Positions 59,451 through 64,000 of a stretch of 64,000 nt of DNA are shown one piece after another; position 1 is the stretch's first letter; every line of letters begins with the position of its first letter. The translations under genes were made by a program, and so were the position numbers. The DNA comes from Eledone cirrhosa (taxonomy: Eukaryota): assembly GCA_964016885.1 (NCBI GenBank), contig OZ024745.1, positions 126,480,001 through 126,544,000 on the forward strand, written 5' to 3'. The notes below the pieces were generated by a model. It saw nothing but the letters and a program-made list of their open reading frames with translations. It had not been told where the DNA came from and ran no database searches.

Positions 59451-60875
59451 TCAGGATAATAGACAAAAAACATTGGAAATTATCTAGCTTTCAGTAGCTA
59501 AAAAAATGACATAGTAAATATAAAACAGACATCGAAAACAGAGATTAAATGTATGCCTAGAAAGAATTACCAGATTCCCGTTTGTCCAATAATTCTCATC
59601 TTATTGAAAATGAACATTACCGACTAATGCACTCAACAACGTCCTGGGATTTTGTGACAGATGGATTTTTTTTTAATTTTATTATTTTTAGCTGGCTATA
59701 ATTACACAAGCAGCTATTATTCCACTGTCTTCTGTATACGTGCAGTGACGGTTGGTTATGCCTTCGATGGGGAAGATCTAATCGTTTAAAATCTCATAGA
59801 AACCGCCCCAACTTTCTTGTGAAGAAAATAAACAAATAAAACAAAACAAAGCTAAATCCAAACAAAAAAAAAAAGAGGCCATTTGCTCGACATAGAAATT
59901 TTATACAATTATCTGTTAGTTGTTTCTACCTCAAAGCTATTATATCGTATCATATTATCATCCCATATGCAATATCCCCACGTCACGTTTCTTATACAAA
60001 CATAAACATTAACCAGGTGTTATCAATTGAGTGACTTAGAATAACACTAGCTTACTGTCCGTGTTACCTAGACGAAATCTGCCTTCTTTTCTAAAGAGTG
60101 TTAGTTACTTTGCATTTTGATAATTTTCTATTCTAATTAAAACCACGCCTCTTTTCTTCCAGAGCTGCTTTAAAAGATGCCGGGCGTAAAATTATTATTT
60201 TCTTTCAGTATATAGTAAATACACATCTACTCGCGAACGTGTGTATATGTTTATGTGCGTTTCTGACTGGGTATTGTACTATGTGTATATTTGGGGAAAT
60301 GTATTAACTTCCATCTATGTGTTAATAAGTGAAGGTGCGTCGCAAATTGATTAAAGTGTTGGGCCTGTGAACATAGTGTCGTAAGTTCGATTCCTGGAAC
60401 GGTTTTTGCATTGTCATTTTAAACACAGCACTTCATTTACAGTTGCTCAACTAAAATTGAATATCAGCAGTTGCTGGAGATTTAACCGTACGAAGGACTG
60501 GTGTCCTGTACAGAGACGTTGGCAGGATCTTCTATTCTCAGTCACTTAATACCACGGAGACGAAATTAAATACTAGCCTGGAAAGATTCCAGGGTTAGGA
60601 AAGAATTTAGTTGTGTTACTGTGTATCAGTGCATGGATTATCAATAAACTGAGTTGTTTGTGCAAGAGACGGTTTTTCAGCGATCATGTGTATTAACAGG
60701 CAACCTGAACTTAGTTTCACTGTGATAATTAGGCTGATGGGCATGAAAAGAATAGGTTTCAACACAATAACTGTACATTCTAGAAGACACTAATGTGGAC
60801 AACATTTCCTTGTTAATTTCACTTTCAGTTAATTTCAACCTTATCTAGGATCGAATTGAATGTTTAACTATCAGT

Positions 60876-61395
60876 AGGCAGCGAATTGGCAGTCGTTAGA
60901 ACGTCGTATAGAATAGGCATGTCGAACACGAGGCTCGCGAGCCGCATGCAACCCTTTACAAGTACACCTGCGGCCCGCACAAAGGTTTTTACAGCGCGAG
61001 TGTAATATAAAATAAAAAGGATTAGTTGTAATGTGCGCAATTAGTTATGTGTGGCCCTCAGACAACACATATGTGATCCATGTAGCCCACGAGGGACCTT
61101 CAGTTTGACATCCCTGATATAGAATTCTTTGTAGTATTCCTTTCGGCTTTCTTCTCTCTCAGTTCAAATCCCGCCGAGGTTAACTTTGCTTGTCATCCAT
61201 TTAAGATCGATAAAAAAAAATTCCAGTCTTGTACTGATGCCGATTCTTCTTCTATATTTCTTTCTCTCTTCCATTCTCTCACTAACTCTGTCCTTCTCTG
61301 GAAGAACTCTGCTATATTCAGGCCTGGAAACCTAGAATCGTCGTATGTTAATACGGGACCCCTGTGACTCCTTCAGGAGTTACAGGACCATGCAT
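60876..61395 (+). mobile_element. SINE with alternative tail, interrupted by a hAT MITE
   Basis: Head 60876-60913, resumes at 61117; tail to GGAGTTACAGGACCATGC. Confidence 0.7.
60914..61116. mobile_element. hAT (Charlie-like) MITE
   Basis: TIRs TAGGCATGTCGAAC / GTTTGACATCCCTG; 8-bp TSD GTATAGAA/ATATAGAA. Confidence 0.8.
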
Positions 61396-61554
61396 GCAAC
61401 TATCAGTATTTAATTGCATTCCTCGTCTTTTGTCTTTATATCCTGCTGGGATTGAACACATATAAAAGTAATGTGGTATTGTACCTGGATTGTAGATATC
61501 TGACGCCCAGTTTAACATCACCAGCTGCATTAACATCACCAGCTGCATAACACC

Positions 61555-61811
61555 AACAGTTGCATTCATGCTTTCTGGTGGCTGGAGATGGTGGTCGTTT
61601 GGGGGATGGGTGGAGCTCATTGGCCAAGGGATTTTAAAGAACAGGGATTCTTTGAAAAAACTAGATTTATAGATTATTTTTATAGATGTATTATAGATGT
61701 AATTTTTTTAAAGAATCCCCATTCTTTATAATCCCTTGGCCAATGACCTCCACCCAGCCTCAAAACCACCACTATCGCTAACCACCAGAAAACATATAGA
61801 TACAACTGTTT
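61555..61811. repeat. About 105-bp-arm diverged inverted repeat
   Basis: AACAGTTG..TTGGCCAAGGGATT..GATTCTTT vs AAAGAATC..AATCCCTTGGCCAA..CAACTGTT. Confidence 0.8.
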
Positions 61812-61824
61812 TATAAGGACAGCC

Positions 61825-61962
61825 GGCTTTCATTGTGATTTCTTTTGAATAGAACAGTTCTAGTCCCGTAGAAGCCATTTCTATTTTAAACTTGATGTTT
61901 ACACTCTACTAATGTATTGAGTATCTTACTAACTGTGGTTAACCCCCCCGGATTGAATCCGA
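61825..61962 (+). mobile_element. HHR family B element with mutated core plus tail
   Basis: GGCTTTC ATTGTGA TTTC TTTT GAAT AGAA CAGTTCTAGTCCCGTA GAAGCC, followed by the family tail. Confidence 0.65.
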
Positions 61963-62909
61963 CACACACACACACACCACACCACACCACACACACACAC
62001 ACACACTCACTCACTCACTCACTCACTCTCTCTCTCATATATATATATTATAGCAAAAGAATAACATGGTCTGCTGTACAATATGGTTTATTAACAGTAT
62101 TAACAATTGTTTCATTAGTCCGGTGTGTCTAAAAGTCGCTGACCGTTAGATGCTACGTCACTCGACCTTAATTACAGTCGATACCCGACCAAATCGTCAG
62201 AATACTGATATGTACATAATACAGTGCGCTAGTATTTATAGATACATGGGAGAATAACATAAATGAAACATACGATACCTTGTTATCTCCTATATATTAT
62301 ATATATATATGTGTGTGTGTGGAGAGAAAGAGAGAGGGGGAGAGGGGTAGGAAAGTAGGGTAGGTAGTGAGAAAAAGAAAATGACGAAGGAAGGAAGAAA
62401 GAAAGGTAGAGAATATCTAAAAAGAAAATCGAGAGAAGCAGTAGTTTAAAAAGCCTGCTTTTCTATCATTACCTCAAACAAAACAGGGTGGAAATGCATT
62501 TCAATTGAATGACAAGGTAAAGTATTATGTTATTTTATACAGTAAAAAAAGAAGTATAACTAAAGATATTAGTAATATAAAGGAAAATAAACAGAAAATA
62601 AACGAAAATAATAGTGTGCTATTGTGAAGGGGAACTAGTTCCGACCTCATAAGTCGAGGACATAGACATTGAGTTGGGGGATTGTTTTGCTATGTTTACG
62701 CAAGGTTTCGCAGGCACGCATGAATACACACAAACATTTCATAAGTATGCACGTGTGTGTGCATGTCTACAGATTCTTGGTCAATGGCCTCAGGGACAAA
62801 GGCACAAAACATTCAAATATTCACACAAGAAAATACACACACATATATATATATATGCGCACATCTATACATACAAACATAAATGTATATATATAGATAT
62901 ATATAAACA

Positions 62910-63104
62910 ATGAGTTATATGCTTTGTTGATGAATATTCAACAGAATTAAGTTTATAACAGATATAAAGCACTCTACAATGAAATTTTATCTGGAGTATT
63001 AATAATATTAATAAATGGAAAATATCTTTATAACAACATATTTATTTTATTATACATATTTCAAGGATACTAAATTATAGTATGCTTTCTTCACAGATAA
63101 AATA
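62910..63104 (-). mobile_element. HHR family A element, core with 2-nt insertion
   Basis: RC: TATTTTAT CTGTGAAGA AAGCATACTA TAATT TAGTATCCTT GAAA TATGTA TA ATAAAATA, plus family tail. Confidence 0.65.
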
Positions 63105-63147
63105 TAATATTTGGTGTAATTTGTATTTATTAATTATATTTATAAAA

Positions 63148-63335
63148 GGGCGGTGGATTGGCAGTATCGGTAGAGGGTCGGACGCCATGCTTTCCAGCAT
63201 AGTTACGTCCCTTTACGATCTGAGTTCAAATCCCGCCGAGGTTGACTTTGCCTTTCATCCTTACGGGGTCGATAAAATAAAGTACCAGTAATGCACTGGG
63301 TAATTGCTGGCCTTGTGCCTAAAGTAGAAACAATT
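63148..63335 (+). mobile_element. Young full-length SINE family 1 with TSD TAATTATATTTATAAAA
   Basis: Consensus match, flanking direct repeat. Confidence 0.9.
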
Positions 63336-63521
63336 AATTATATTTATAAAAATATTATATATATATATATTATAGTTAAAAACAGAAAACAAAAAAACAA
63401 CAACGAAGCGAAGAGGCAGTTCAAAGTGTTAATACTAGGTTGAGTGGGGGACGACGTTCAGGGTATAAGCCCGTCATCAGGAGAAAAGTGGACAGGAAAA
63501 GAGTTCCGAGGGGGAGTGACG

Positions 63522-63840
63522 GAAATCTATGAGATTTTGATATTATTTATTTTGAGAATAATATCTTAACACACGTATGAGCAGCCGGTTACAGCTAGTT
63601 TTAACAGAAAGAGATAAAAGAATTCTGACCGGGTAAGACTGGTTTAAATGCCAAAGGGTTAAGACACATTATATGTTCATGGTAAAATATTTATCTCATA
63701 TAATATCAAATCTATGAGATTTTGATAATACTTATTTTGAGAACAATATTTTAACATCAGTATGAGTGTCCGGATACGGCCGGTTTGAACAGAATGAGGT
63801 GAGAGAATTATGGCCGGATACATTTGGTTTAAGGGTTAAA
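63522..63840. repeat. Two diverged tandem units ending AAGGGTTAA (possible piggyBac-like ends)
   Basis: AAATCTATGAGATTTTGAT at 63523 and 63708; both end ..AAGGGTTAA. Confidence 0.4.
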
Positions 63841-64000
63841 GTACGGTCGCATTCGGAATCAATGATCCGATTTCAATTATGATCAGTTTCGAACTTAAGT
63901 TATTTCTCCAGTCTCCTTGAAAGTAGAGCGAAACAATTCAAAGAAACGTTATTTCAATACTGAATAGTGTTGTTATTTGATATTCCTTTGAAAACAGAGT

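Noticed and set aside
63446-63487. Minus-strand CTGATGA-CGGG..CCCT-GAAC-GTC-GTC
   Set aside because: One A is missing from GAAA and there is no stem I; at best a remnant.

Overview
Non-coding, AT-rich, repeat-saturated eukaryotic DNA. The SINE types and the microsatellite load look most like an octopod cephalopod genome (inference). No intact host gene or intact transposon ORF is supported, and almost all long ORFs in the track are translations of microsatellites. Contents: (i) >25 copies of a tRNA-headed SINE plus a second SINE family; (ii) decayed non-LTR retrotransposon 3' ends (R4/Dong-like and CRE-like RLE, RTE-like, L1/Tx1-like); (iii) hAT, Tc1/mariner/pogo and Helentron-like non-autonomous DNA elements and a hAT transposase relic; (iv) a Penelope-like (PLE) GIY-YIG endonuclease relic. 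The main unexplained structure is a dense set of type I hammerhead ribozyme (HHR) motifs from at least 5-6 unrelated sequence families: about 9 with intact cores plus several decayed ones. They sit in short non-coding elements docked on (TA)n microsatellites and often form head-to-head inverted pairs with the 3' ends pointing out into the (TA)n. One family is directly attached to the PLE GIY-YIG fragment. This points to a microsatellite-targeting PLE/retrozyme-like system. All folds were read by eye and none was computed.
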